Assembly: GCA_963692945.1 (NCBI GenBank) | Contig: OY843585.1 | Span: 1,410,001-1,442,000 of the forward strand | Length of the DNA: 32,000 nt | From: Bdellovibrionales bacterium | Lineage (GTDB): Bacteria; Bdellovibrionota; Bdellovibrionia; Bdellovibrionales; UBA1609 | Direction of reading: 5' to 3' | In this document: positions 17,133 to 26,779 of the stretch, one piece after another | Layout: the number at the start of each line of letters is the position of its first letter | Numbering within the stretch: position 1 is the first letter of the stretch | The notes under the pieces: generated by a model | The model's input: only the letters and a program-made list of their open reading frames with translations | What the model was told of the DNA's origin: nothing | The model's database searches: none | Made by a program: the position numbers and the translations under genes

Positions 17133-20100
17133 TTAACTTTCAAGCAAATGTTTTACAGTGATCTGTTTTTTATTTTTCTCTTTTAAAGCCATCACAAAAA
17201 CTTTAATAACATGCTCTTCTGTCAAACAAGGAATATTATAATCTATACAACTACGACGAATACCAAAGCTGGCTTGAATGGAAGAACTTTTAGAAGTTGT
17301 ATTTAAAACAAGAACTATTTTTCTAGAAGTGATACGATCTACACAATGAGGTCGCCCTTCTTGAACTTTTTTTACCAACAAACAAGGCAACCCATGAGAT
17401 TGAAGAAAATGAAATGTTCCACCTGTTGCTGAAAGAGTGTAACCTTCTTTAACTAAATCTTGAATAGCTGATAAAAGAAGTGGCTTATCTTTATCCTTTA
17501 AGGATAAGAAAATCTCACCTTTTTCAGGAAAACTCAATTTACTAGACACAATGGCTTTCACCAAGGCTGTAGGGTAATCATCAGCCCTTCCCATAACCTC
17601 ACCTATAGATTTCATTTCAGGACCTAAAATAGAATCTGTATTCCTAATTTTTTTAAATGGGAATACGACTCCCTTCACAGAAACACAAGATGTTTGTTTC
17701 CATGAGTGATTTTTAAAATCAACCTCTTGTTTTGTTTTTTTCATCATGGCTTGAATGCCAAGATCTATAAGAGGAATTTTTGTGGCTTTACTAATAAAAG
17801 GAACACTTCTTGAACTTCTAGGATTGGCTTCCAACATATAAATATGGTCATCTTGTATGGCCAGTTGTAAATTGAGAAATCCTAAAATTTTCAATTCATC
17901 AGCTAATTTAAAACTCAATTGTTCTATTTGATTACAAACTTCTTTTTTTAGTCGCTGAGGAGGTAACACTCCCATACTATCACCACTATGAACTCCTGCC
18001 GCTTCAATATGTTCAACAATACCTCCTATGACAGCCCAATCAACACCTCTCACCATATCAACATCCACTTCTAAAAAACTCTCTAGATACTGGTCCATTA
18101 AACAAGGATTTTTTTTAGATATAAATTCACTGTATTTTGTAAAATAAGCTTGTAGCCCCTCTTCGTCATCTATCATCTCCATTCTTCGCCCTCCTAAAAC
18201 ATAACTTGGACGACATAACAAGGGATAACCAACTCTCTTAGCAACTAATAAAGATTGCTTCATATCTTCTGCCAAACCAGCTCTTGGAGTTTTAAATCCT
18301 AATTGATTACAAACTTTAATAAAGCGACCTCTATCTTCAGCCAAATCAATCGTTTTTGAAGAAGACCCTGAAATACTAAACCCTTCTTTATCTAAATCAT
18401 GAGAAATCTCAATAGGAGTTTGACCCCCTAATTGAACAATAACTTCTTTTGGTTTAATAAAATTTAAAACTTCCCTGATATATTCTAGATTGAGAGGTTC
18501 AAAAAACAACTGGTCAGAAATATCATAATCTGTAGAAACGGTCTCAGGGTTAGAATTAATAATGGTCACTTCATAATTTAATTTTTTTAATCCTTTAATT
18601 CCGCGAACACAATTGTAATCAAATTCAATACCTTGACCTATACGATTAGGACCACTTCCAATTAAAACAATAGATGCTTTTTTAGATTTTATTTTTGCAG
18701 ACCTTGTTCCCCAATAAGTCCCATAATAATAAGGGGTTTGAGATTCAAACTCTCCAGCACAAGTATCCACTTTATAAAATGCTGGATGTATTTTAGATTT
18801 TTTCCTAAACCGATAAACATCTTTTTCTTCCACTTTAAATTGTTGGGCGATAGCCTTATCAGAAAAACCATAGCGTTTTGCTTTATGAACTGCGTTGGCA
18901 TTCCACTTATTGTCTTTATGCTGTAACTCTTTTTCCATATCAATAATTTGAGCAAATTGTTCTAAAAACCAAGGGTCAATATGTGTTAACTTATAAAGAG
19001 TTTCAACTGTATAACCTCTTCTAAAAGCTTCAAAAATATAATAAATTCTGTTGCTATTTGGATAAGTCAATTTATCTTCTGAAAATAGGAGAGATGCTTT
19101 TATCTCTTTTTTTTCCATAGAAGATAAAGCTTTTTGAAAAGACTCTTTAAAAGTCCTCCCTACAGCCATGGCTTCCCCCACACTTTGCATTTGAGTGCTT
19201 AAAATATCTTCTGAACCTTGATACTTTTCAAAATCAAATCTAGGAACTTTTGTCACTACATAATCTAAAGCAGGTTCATAACAAGAGGGAGTTGCTTTAG
19301 TGATATCATTTGTAATTTCATCTAAAGTAAAACCCACGGCCAGAAGAGCTGATATTTTAGCAATAGGAAATCCTGTGGCTTTACTTGCTAAAGCGGAAGA
19401 ACGACTCACACGCGGATTGACTTCAATAACCAACCTCTCTCCTGTTTTAGGATGAACGGCAAATTGTATATTTGCTCCTCCTGTTTCTAATCCTATTTCC
19501 TGAATGATTTTAAGAGATTCATCTCGCATAGATTGATAATCCTCATCAGAAAGAGTCATTTGAGGAGCCACTGTAATACTGTCACCTGTATGAACACCAC
19601 AAGGATCAATATTTTCTATAGAACAAATAATGACACAAGTCCCATTACAATCTCTCATAACCTCTAACTCAAACTCTTTCCAACCCAACAAACTTTTTTC
19701 AATTAAAACTTCTGAAGTGGGACTTTCTAAAAGAGCAGAAGACAATCGCACATGAAACTCTTCCATAGAATAAGCCACTCCCCCTCCTGCACCACCTAAA
19801 GTGTAATTGGGACGAAGGATCACAGGGAAACCCAGTTTTTCAACCTCTTTAATTCCCTGTTTAAAATTTTTAATTAAGACACTCTCTGAATATTTAGATC
19901 CCAATTTAGAAAGAAGCTGAGTGAATTTATCTCTATCTTCCACTTTGCGAATAATATCAGCTCCTGCCCCTAACATTTTTATTCCCAATTCTTTAAGAAC
20001 ACCTTTTTCTTCTAACTCTAAAGATAAATTTAAAGCCGTTTGACCTCCTAAAGTGGATATCAAAGCAGAAGGTCTTTCTTTCTCTAAGATTTTTTTGACA

Positions 20101-20318
20101 TATTGAAATTCAAGAGGCTCAATATAAACTTTTGTCGCCGTCTCTGGATCCGTCATAATAGTAGCAGGGTTTGAATTGATTAAAACAACTTCCAAACCTA
20201 AACTCATAAGAGCTTTACAAGCTTGCACTCCTGAATAATCAAACTCACAAGCTTGACCAATAACAATCGGACCGCTCCCTATAATAACAACTTTTTTAAT
20301 ATCTTCTTTTAAAGGCAT
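17133..20318 (-). CDS. carB: Carbamoyl-phosphate synthase large subunit
   Basis: 1061 aa with duplicated ATP-grasp halves ([20 protein letters not shown] and [20 protein letters not shown]; [22 protein letters not shown] and [21 protein letters not shown]). C-terminal MGS-like domain. Confidence 0.97.
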   Translation of the reverse strand: MPLKEDIKKVVIIGSGPIVIGQACEFDYSGVQACKALMSLGLEVVLINSNPATIMTDPETATKVYIEPLEFQYVKKILEKERPSALISTLGGQTALNLSLELEEKGVLKELGIKMLGAGADIIRKVEDRDKFTQLLSKLGSKYSESVLIKNFKQGIKEVEKLGFPVILRPNYTLGGAGGGVAYSMEEFHVRLSSALLESPTSEVLIEKSLLGWKEFELEVMRDCNGTCVIICSIENIDPCGVHTGDSITVAPQMTLSDEDYQSMRDESLKIIQEIGLETGGANIQFAVHPKTGERLVIEVNPRVSRSSALASKATGFPIAKISALLAVGFTLDEITNDITKATPSCYEPALDYVVTKVPRFDFEKYQGSEDILSTQMQSVGEAMAVGRTFKESFQKALSSMEKKEIKASLLFSEDKLTYPNSNRIYYIFEAFRRGYTVETLYKLTHIDPWFLEQFAQIIDMEKELQHKDNKWNANAVHKAKRYGFSDKAIAQQFKVEEKDVYRFRKKSKIHPAFYKVDTCAGEFESQTPYYYGTYWGTRSAKIKSKKASIVLIGSGPNRIGQGIEFDYNCVRGIKGLKKLNYEVTIINSNPETVSTDYDISDQLFFEPLNLEYIREVLNFIKPKEVIVQLGGQTPIEISHDLDKEGFSISGSSSKTIDLAEDRGRFIKVCNQLGFKTPRAGLAEDMKQSLLVAKRVGYPLLCRPSYVLGGRRMEMIDDEEGLQAYFTKYSEFISKKNPCLMDQYLESFLEVDVDMVRGVDWAVIGGIVEHIEAAGVHSGDSMGVLPPQRLKKEVCNQIEQLSFKLADELKILGFLNLQLAIQDDHIYMLEANPRSSRSVPFISKATKIPLIDLGIQAMMKKTKQEVDFKNHSWKQTSCVSVKGVVFPFKKIRNTDSILGPEMKSIGEVMGRADDYPTALVKAIVSSKLSFPEKGEIFLSLKDKDKPLLLSAIQDLVKEGYTLSATGGTFHFLQSHGLPCLLVKKVQEGRPHCVDRITSRKIVLVLNTTSKSSSIQASFGIRRSCIDYNIPCLTEEHVIKVFVMALKEKNKKQITVKHLLES

Positions 20319-20319
20319 A

Positions 20320-21411
20320 TTATTTGGAACTCTTTTTATTAAAATTTTTAGATTGCTTTATAAAAAAATCAAATAAAGCCAAAGAATCTCTAGGCCCCGG
20401 ATGATTTTCAGGATGAAACTGCACCCCTAAACATTTGTGTTTTTTAGAGAAAATACCAGCGATTGTATTATCATTTAAATTGACATGACTGACTTCAACA
20501 TCTTCAGGAAGTGTTCCTGGTTGAATAACATAACCATGATTTTGAGCAGACATATAAACTTTATCCAAGAGAGAATCTCTAATAGGATGATTACTTCCTC
20601 TATGACCAAATTTCAACTTATAAGTTTTAGATCCAAGAGCTTGAGCTAAAATTTGATGTCCCATACAAATACCAAAAATAAATCTCCAATTTAATAAACC
20701 TTTAACCAATTCGGTTCCCTCCTTAACATCTCTAGGGTCTCCTGGTCCATTGGATAAAAGCAGGCCATCCGGTTTCCATTTTTTTATCTCTTTTAAAGAA
20801 CTGAGACGAGATGGAAAAATAGAAACTTCAGATGTTCTTTTTAAAACTTCCCTTAGAATATTTTGCTTAGAACCAAAATCTACAAAAGCAATTTTCAAAC
20901 CATTTCTTTTTTTACCTTTATAGTTTTGTATTTTTTGAGTGGATACAAGTTGAGTCCAATCTTTAATCTGGCTTTTTTTAGTTATTTTTATAAGATTCAA
21001 AGCTTCTTTTTTACTCTTTTTTGATAAGGGAACTATGGCTCCCCAAACCACTCCCTTATCTCTTAATCTCAAAACCAACTGCCTTGTATCAACATGACTG
21101 AGAGTAGGTACATCATAAGATTTTAATCTTTCCAACCAACCATGTTGTCTAGAGGTGTTTTGCATTTCTAAACACACAAAACCTTTAATCCAAATTTTAT
21201 GAGATTCCCAAAAACGATCAGAAACTCCATAATTCCCCTGAAGAGGAGCTGTCATGACTAAAATTTGAGAATAATAAGAAGGGTCTGTTGCTATTTCTTC
21301 ATAACCTGTATGAGATGTATTAAAAACAACCTCTCCTGCTTGAGGCTTTCCTTTAAAAGAATAGCCTGGAAAGATTTCTCCTGTTTCAAGAACCAAACAT
21401 GAAGGTTTCAC
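20320..21411 (-). CDS. carA: Carbamoyl-phosphate synthase small (glutaminase) subunit
   Basis: GTG start at 21409-21411. N-terminus [15 protein letters not shown]-like. Class I GATase triad context: [24 protein letters not shown]. Stop is 1 nt before the carB ATG. Confidence 0.96.
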   Translation of the reverse strand: MKPSCLVLETGEIFPGYSFKGKPQAGEVVFNTSHTGYEEIATDPSYYSQILVMTAPLQGNYGVSDRFWESHKIWIKGFVCLEMQNTSRQHGWLERLKSYDVPTLSHVDTRQLVLRLRDKGVVWGAIVPLSKKSKKEALNLIKITKKSQIKDWTQLVSTQKIQNYKGKKRNGLKIAFVDFGSKQNILREVLKRTSEVSIFPSRLSSLKEIKKWKPDGLLLSNGPGDPRDVKEGTELVKGLLNWRFIFGICMGHQILAQALGSKTYKLKFGHRGSNHPIRDSLLDKVYMSAQNHGYVIQPGTLPEDVEVSHVNLNDNTIAGIFSKKHKCLGVQFHPENHPGPRDSLALFDFFIKQSKNFNKKSSK

Positions 21412-21442
21412 TATGTTACTTTTTCCCTAAAAAGTTATTTTT

Positions 21443-22384
21443 TTAATTTCCTTTAAATTCAAAATCCAAAATTACAGATACAACAGCTGTTCTAATATAA
21501 GGGCTATTTTCCACTTGAGTCAGAATATGGCAACGAGGATCCCCTAACACTTCATTTCCAATTTCAACACCACAAACATAAGGACCAGGATGAAGTATAA
21601 TACCATCTGATTTAAAAAGACCTAATTGTTTTGATCCAATATGATAGTAATCTCTATATTCTGCAATGGACAAACCAATACTCATATCATGTCGTTCATG
21701 CTGTATTCTTAAACACATAATAACATCAGCCCATTTCAACCCTTCATCAAGATTATCAAAACACTTAACACCTTTCCAAAAATCATCTTGAGGAAATAGG
21801 CTCGTTGGAGAACAAAAAGCCACTTCAGCTCCTAACCGTTTAAGCAGTTTCAAATTAGAATTACTAACTCTTGAGTGAAGCACATCTCCTACAATTAAAA
21901 TTTTCTGCCCTTTTATTTTTCCTCTTTGCTCTTGAATTGTAAAAACATCAATAAGAGCTTGAGTGGGATGCTCATAAGAACCAAAACCAGCACTAATAAC
22001 AGGAATTGAAATTTTTTTTGAAGGAAAAGCAGAACCATGATAACGCAAAACAATAAACTCTGGATTAAAACAAGATAAAGTGGAAAGAGTCTCTTCTAAA
22101 GTTTCCCCTTTGACCATGCTTGTACTTTTTATATCAGAAAATAAGATAGGCTTGATTCCCAAATTATGAGAAGCCATTTCAAAACTAATACGAGTTCTTG
22201 TGCTTGGTTCCTGAAAAACTAAAAAAGATTTTAATACCTTATTGGTTTTTAAATTTACAACATCACTAAAAGGCTTAGATTCCTTCGTTAGTTTTTTAAA
22301 AACGCTGGCTTGATTAAAAATGCTGCTGATCTCTTGGTCACTTAAGTCCTCAACACCAATAAAAGATTTTCCCTTGATAGACAT
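21443..22384 (-). CDS. pyrB: Aspartate carbamoyltransferase catalytic subunit
   Basis: Motifs FQEPSTRTRISFE, HPTQALID and HPGP, and a length of 313 aa, are typical of PyrB. No pyrI follows. Confidence 0.95.
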   Translation of the reverse strand: MSIKGKSFIGVEDLSDQEISSIFNQASVFKKLTKESKPFSDVVNLKTNKVLKSFLVFQEPSTRTRISFEMASHNLGIKPILFSDIKSTSMVKGETLEETLSTLSCFNPEFIVLRYHGSAFPSKKISIPVISAGFGSYEHPTQALIDVFTIQEQRGKIKGQKILIVGDVLHSRVSNSNLKLLKRLGAEVAFCSPTSLFPQDDFWKGVKCFDNLDEGLKWADVIMCLRIQHERHDMSIGLSIAEYRDYYHIGSKQLGLFKSDGIILHPGPYVCGVEIGNEVLGDPRCHILTQVENSPYIRTAVVSVILDFEFKGN

Positions 22385-22440
22385 ATTTGTAAGATCATAC
22401 TAGACAAAACTAAAGGTCGTCAATTTGAAGACTCTAAAAT

Positions 22441-23181
22441 TCACTTAATACTCTGAAATAACCTCTTCCATCGCATTTTCAAAGGATTACACAAAAGTCG
22501 GACTGAAAAAAAAGATTCCTCACAACTGAGCCAGATACCAAAGGCTCGCCCCATAATGTTTTCAACAGGCACAGTTCCAAAAAAACGACTATCCCTTGAA
22601 TCATCTCTATTGTCACCCAAAACAAATACTTGCCCTTTTGGAATGCGATAGCTATCCGTATTTAAATATTTATAAAAAGAATTTTTATATATCACTCTAT
22701 AATGACGACTTGGCGTAACTTCTACAAAAAATTGATAGTTTTCATAACTAGATCCTAAACTTTTTTCACTCACAGAATAAAACCCCTCCATTTGTTTTGG
22801 ATTTTCCACAGATTTACGATAAAGTTTTTTATTGTTAATCCAAATCTGTCCTTTGGAATCTAAAAAAAGACGATCCCCTGGAAGACCAACAACTCTTTTA
22901 ATCAAAAATTTACGATCTTCAGTTGAACGAAATACGATCACATCTCCTCTTTCAGGACTTCTTCTTTCCCAAATGTATTTTTTTAAAAAAGGATAGCGAA
23001 CACCATAAGAAAATTTATTGATAACAATATGATCATGAATTAAAAGAGTCGGAACCATACTTCTGGAAGGTATCACATAAGGTTCTATAAACATCCAACG
23101 AACTATTAAAATTAAAATAACAATTCCCCAAAAGGAAAAAAAACTTTTAACAAATTCAATGAATAGATTTTTTTTCTTCAT
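22441..23181 (-). CDS. lepB: Signal peptidase I
   Basis: N-terminal TM helix. Catalytic Ser box IPSRSMVPTL, Lys box KRVVGLPGD, and box E GDNRDDSRDSRFFG. Confidence 0.93.
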   Translation of the reverse strand: MKKKNLFIEFVKSFFSFWGIVILILIVRWMFIEPYVIPSRSMVPTLLIHDHIVINKFSYGVRYPFLKKYIWERRSPERGDVIVFRSTEDRKFLIKRVVGLPGDRLFLDSKGQIWINNKKLYRKSVENPKQMEGFYSVSEKSLGSSYENYQFFVEVTPSRHYRVIYKNSFYKYLNTDSYRIPKGQVFVLGDNRDDSRDSRFFGTVPVENIMGRAFGIWLSCEESFFSVRLLCNPLKMRWKRLFQSIK

Positions 23182-23195
23182 ATTTTTTTACCTTT

Positions 23196-23224
23196 GAGTT
23201 TTAATTTTTCTAAAATTAAAACTC
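23196..23224. other. 13-bp perfect AT-rich inverted repeat (gagttttaatttt-tct-aaaattaaaactc) between lepA and lepB
   Basis: All 13 pairs were verified by hand. On the minus strand it ends directly at the AAAGG SD of lepB. A T-run follows it only on the plus strand, which has no gene here. Function is unknown. Confidence 0.4.
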
Positions 23225-23290
23225 TTTTTTGTTACTTACTCTTCTCTTAGCTATCTTTAAAAGTCAACTTGTTCTACAAACAATAAAACT

Positions 23291-25093
23291 TCAATCGCTA
23301 TCTGTTTTTAAAATAGCTAGAAAAGCTTTTTGAGGAACTTCAACATGACCTATAGATTTCATTCTCTTTTTACCTTCTTTTTGTCTTTCCAAAAGTTTTC
23401 TTTTTCTCGTAACATCTCCACCATAACATTTAGCTGTCACATCTTTACGCAAAGCTCCTAAAGTTTCTCTCGCTATCACTTTAGAACCTACAGCTGCTTG
23501 AATAGCCACTTGATACTGCTGTCGTGGTATAAACTCTTTCAATTTTGTCGCCAGCTTACGACCCATTTTTTCAGCCTGACGGCGATGCACAATGACGGAT
23601 AACGCATCTACAGATTCGCCATTCAACAAAATATCCATTTTCACAAGATCTGCTTCTTCGTAACCACACATTTCATACTCCATAGAAGCATAACCTCTAG
23701 AAAGAGATTTTAAACGATCATAAAAATCTAAAACCATTTCATTAAGAGGCATTTTGTAACAAAGAATAACTTTATCACTTGAAATATAATCTAAACTTTT
23801 TTGTTCTCCCCTTTTATCCTGACATAGTTTTAAAAAACCACCCAAATACTCAGAGGGTGTATGTATATTCAATAAAATATAAGGCTCTTCTATTTTGGAA
23901 ATAAGATTGGCCTCTGGCATAAGAGAAGGATTCTCAACTTTTAAAACCTCCCCCTTATTTAAATACACTTGATAGATCACTGTTGGAGCTGTTGTTATAA
24001 GATTCAATTTAAACTCCCTTTCCAATCGCTCTTGAATGATTTCCATATGAAGCAAACCCAAAAAACCACAACGAAAACCAAAACCCAAAGCCTTTGAAGT
24101 TTCCACTTCAAAACTAAGACTTGAATCGTTAAGAGTTAGTTTTATTAAAGCGACTTTAAGTTGCTCAAAATCATCCGTATCAACAGGGAAAATACCTGAA
24201 AAAACCATAGGTTTTGCCTTCTGAAAGCCTTCCAAAGGTTTGATGTTTTTTGTGGATTGATGAGTCAATGTATCTCCTACTCTTACATTCTGTATCTCTT
24301 TAACTCCCCCAATAACAAAACCAACCTCTCCAACATTCAGTTCTTCTAGCTCTTCGGGAAAAGGATTAAAAACTCCTAATTTTAAAACTTCACATTCTTT
24401 TTCCGTCCCTAAAAAATAAATCTTATCTTTTTTCTTAATAGAACCTCCCTTCACACGACAAAGAGTAATAACTCCTTGATAACTATCAAACCAAGAATCA
24501 AAAATAAGAGCCTGTAAAGGTTTTTTAGATTCTCCTAAAGGATGAGGAATTTTTTCAACAATGCTTTCTAAAATCTCTTCAATACCTGTTTTTTCCTTAG
24601 CACTTGCTAAAAGAATATCTTCTTCCTTAACTCCAATCACTTCTACCAATTGCTGTTTAACCTCTTCAATACGACTAGATGGTAAATCAATTTTATTGAT
24701 GACTGGAATGATTTCCAAATTATTTTCCAAAGCCAACATGGTGTTAGCCATTGTCTGAGCCTCTATACCCTGACAAGCATCCACAATAAGCAAAACCCCT
24801 TCACAAGCAGAAAGAGAGCGAGAAACCTCATAAGAGAAATCCACATGCCCAGGTGTATCTATCAAATTAAACTGATAAACCTCTCCTGATTTACTTTTGT
24901 AGGACAGCCTCACCGTTTGAGCCTTAATAGTAATACCTCTTTCTCTTTCTATATCCATACTATCTAAAAATTGAGATTTACGAGTTCTCTCATCCACAGC
25001 ATTTGTGAACTCTAAAAAACAATCTGCTAAAGTAGATTTCCCATGATCAATATGAGCAATAATAGAAAAGTTACGAATATGTTTTAAAGACAT
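23291..25093 (-). CDS. lepA: Elongation factor 4 (LepA)
   Basis: IRNFSIIAHIDHGKSTLAD (G1), DTPGHVDF (G3), NKIDL (G4). Characteristic LepA C-terminal domain (YGGDVTRKRKLLERQKEGKKRMK). 600 aa. Confidence 0.97.
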   Translation of the reverse strand: MSLKHIRNFSIIAHIDHGKSTLADCFLEFTNAVDERTRKSQFLDSMDIERERGITIKAQTVRLSYKSKSGEVYQFNLIDTPGHVDFSYEVSRSLSACEGVLLIVDACQGIEAQTMANTMLALENNLEIIPVINKIDLPSSRIEEVKQQLVEVIGVKEEDILLASAKEKTGIEEILESIVEKIPHPLGESKKPLQALIFDSWFDSYQGVITLCRVKGGSIKKKDKIYFLGTEKECEVLKLGVFNPFPEELEELNVGEVGFVIGGVKEIQNVRVGDTLTHQSTKNIKPLEGFQKAKPMVFSGIFPVDTDDFEQLKVALIKLTLNDSSLSFEVETSKALGFGFRCGFLGLLHMEIIQERLEREFKLNLITTAPTVIYQVYLNKGEVLKVENPSLMPEANLISKIEEPYILLNIHTPSEYLGGFLKLCQDKRGEQKSLDYISSDKVILCYKMPLNEMVLDFYDRLKSLSRGYASMEYEMCGYEEADLVKMDILLNGESVDALSVIVHRRQAEKMGRKLATKLKEFIPRQQYQVAIQAAVGSKVIARETLGALRKDVTAKCYGGDVTRKRKLLERQKEGKKRMKSIGHVEVPQKAFLAILKTDSD

Positions 25094-25130
25094 TTTTCTA
25101 TCTTCCTAATGTTTTTTTGTAAAAATATTT

Positions 25131-25322
25131 TCAATTTCTTTTTTTTTCATCTATAGGGAAAGACATTTGACCTGATAATTGTTCTTCATATCTTTTCAAG
25201 ATCAAATCAATTCCTTGACGTATAAATTCAGCAATAGGTATTTTTAATTTGTCATTGAGTTCTTTAAGCCGATTTTGCTGTTTCTCTGTAATGTAAATAG
25301 TTGTAGCCAATTTTTTAGACAT
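25131..25322 (-). CDS. Ribbon-helix-helix (CopG/Arc/MetJ-like) DNA-binding protein, 63 aa
   Basis: N-terminal beta-strand then two helices (TTIYITEKQQNRLKELNDKLKIPIAEFIRQGIDLILKRY) fits the RHH pattern. ATG start lies 37 nt upstream of lepA. No partner toxin ORF is adjacent. Confidence 0.65.
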   Translation of the reverse strand: MSKKLATTIYITEKQQNRLKELNDKLKIPIAEFIRQGIDLILKRYEEQLSGQMSFPIDEKKRN

Positions 25323-25328
25323 ATATCT

Positions 25329-25360
25329 CTTATATCAAAATAGCTATATATTGCAATATA
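25329..25360 (-). promoter_or_regulatory. Candidate promoter plus 14-bp perfect palindrome upstream of the RHH gene
   Basis: Minus-strand reading TTGCAA-16 nt-TGaTATAAG: -35 at 25351-25356, extended -10 at 25329-25337. The palindrome tatattgcaatata (25347-25360) is centred on the -35. The -10 ends 6 nt before the ATG (25322), implying a leaderless mRNA. Confidence 0.35.
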
Positions 25361-25520
25361 ATGTAATAAAAAATCTATTTTTTGTCTCGTCAGTAATACG
25401 GCTCTCTAGAAATAGGGGAGCTGTTTTTGTGTGATTGAGATAAATAGGTATAGCTTAGTCACTCACCTAGATTTTTTGAAGTCCTTGAATTTTTTACGGC
25501 AAAACTCCTAGCTTTATTCT

Positions 25521-26672
25521 CTATATAGCTTTTTTAACTTTTTTTTGTAGTTTAGAAACTTTTGTTGTTTTTTCCCAAGTGAAACTGTCTTCTGTTCTCC
25601 CAAAATGACCATAGCTTGCCGTCGGTAAATAACGAGGAACTAACAAATCTAATTCTTCAATAATTCCACTAGGCTTTAAGTCCCAAAGTTCTAAAATTAT
25701 TTTTTTGAGTTCATCTTGAGCCATTTCAGAAGTTCCAAAATGTTCCACTCTAACACTAATAGGATGAGAAAGACCTATGGCATAAGACAGTTGAATGAGA
25801 CATTTTTTAGCCAAACCCGATGCGACAATATTTTTAGAAATATGACGAGCAATATAAGAAGCCGATCTATCTACTTTAGATGAGTCTTTACCAGAAAAGG
25901 CACCTCCCCCATGAGCACCATGCCCCCCATAAGTATCTACAATAATTTTTCTTCCTGTAAGACCACAATCAGCAGAAGGTCCTCCAGTTACAAAAGACCC
26001 TCCAGGATTTATCAATAGTTTTGTATCTTTTGTTAAGTATTGTTCTGGGACATTTGTTTTAATAAGCTCTTCTATTAAAAATTCTTTTAAATTTTTTAAA
26101 TCATAGTCTGGATCATGTTGAGTGGAAATAACAATATGAGATATATCTTTAACTTGATTGTTTTCATAACGAACTGTGACTTGGCTTTTGGAATCAGGCC
26201 ATAAAAAATTATGCCCCTGCTTTCTCAAGTTTGCCAATTTTTCAACCAATTTATGAGCCATAGAAATACTTAAAGGCATACACTCTTCGGTTTCATCCAC
26301 AGCATAACCAAACATAAGACCCTGATCACTAGCCCCTTGATGAGTTCCAGAACCAACAGCATTACTAATTTCAGAGCTCTGAGCGTTCAAAAAAGGAATT
26401 ATAGAACAAGAATTAAAATCTAAACCTTTTTTAAAATGATCGTATCCTACTTTTTCAATGATGTCTTTGGCCACTTTAGTAACATCAATGTGAGCTTTGC
26501 TGTTGACCTCACCAGAAATGAAAATCAAGCCACTTGATAAGAAAGTTTCACAGGCAACACGACTGTTTTTATCTTCCTTGAGAAAAGCATCTAATACACC
26601 ATCACTGATTTGATCTGCTAACTTATCAGGATGCCCTTCAGATACAGACTCACTTGTAAAAAAATCAATCAT
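25521..26672 (-). CDS. metK: S-adenosylmethionine synthetase
   Basis: ATG at 26670-26672 preceded by AAAGGAGAGG. The ORF-track TTG at 26693 would translate the SD itself. Motifs FTSESVSEGHPDKLADQISD, GASDQGLMFGYA, GGGAFSGKD and DRSASY. Confidence 0.97.
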   Translation of the reverse strand: MIDFFTSESVSEGHPDKLADQISDGVLDAFLKEDKNSRVACETFLSSGLIFISGEVNSKAHIDVTKVAKDIIEKVGYDHFKKGLDFNSCSIIPFLNAQSSEISNAVGSGTHQGASDQGLMFGYAVDETEECMPLSISMAHKLVEKLANLRKQGHNFLWPDSKSQVTVRYENNQVKDISHIVISTQHDPDYDLKNLKEFLIEELIKTNVPEQYLTKDTKLLINPGGSFVTGGPSADCGLTGRKIIVDTYGGHGAHGGGAFSGKDSSKVDRSASYIARHISKNIVASGLAKKCLIQLSYAIGLSHPISVRVEHFGTSEMAQDELKKIILELWDLKPSGIIEELDLLVPRYLPTASYGHFGRTEDSFTWEKTTKVSKLQKKVKKAI

Positions 26673-26779
26673 AAAAATACCTCTCCTTTTCAAAAAAGAT
26701 ACTAAATCTTATAAACCTTAAATGAATAAATGTAAATACGAAAGGCACCTGTCTCTATGACAAGTCATATTAAAGATAT

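Noticed and set aside
25131-25322. The RHH gene as the antitoxin of a type II toxin-antitoxin pair.
   Set aside because: There is no small toxin-sized ORF on either side. The next gene is lepA, 37 nt downstream, and 198 nt of non-coding DNA lies upstream.
25440-25520. The tRNA-like fragment ggtatagcttagtcac, which resembles a D-arm, in the metK-RHH spacer.
   Set aside because: No complementary acceptor stem, no anticodon arm and no GTTCGAATC-type T-loop could be assembled on either strand.
26673-26779. A possible SAM riboswitch upstream of metK.
   Set aside because: Only 107 nt separate rpoN from metK. I could not find the conserved SAM-I helices or core, and the region is mostly the SD and AT-rich spacer.
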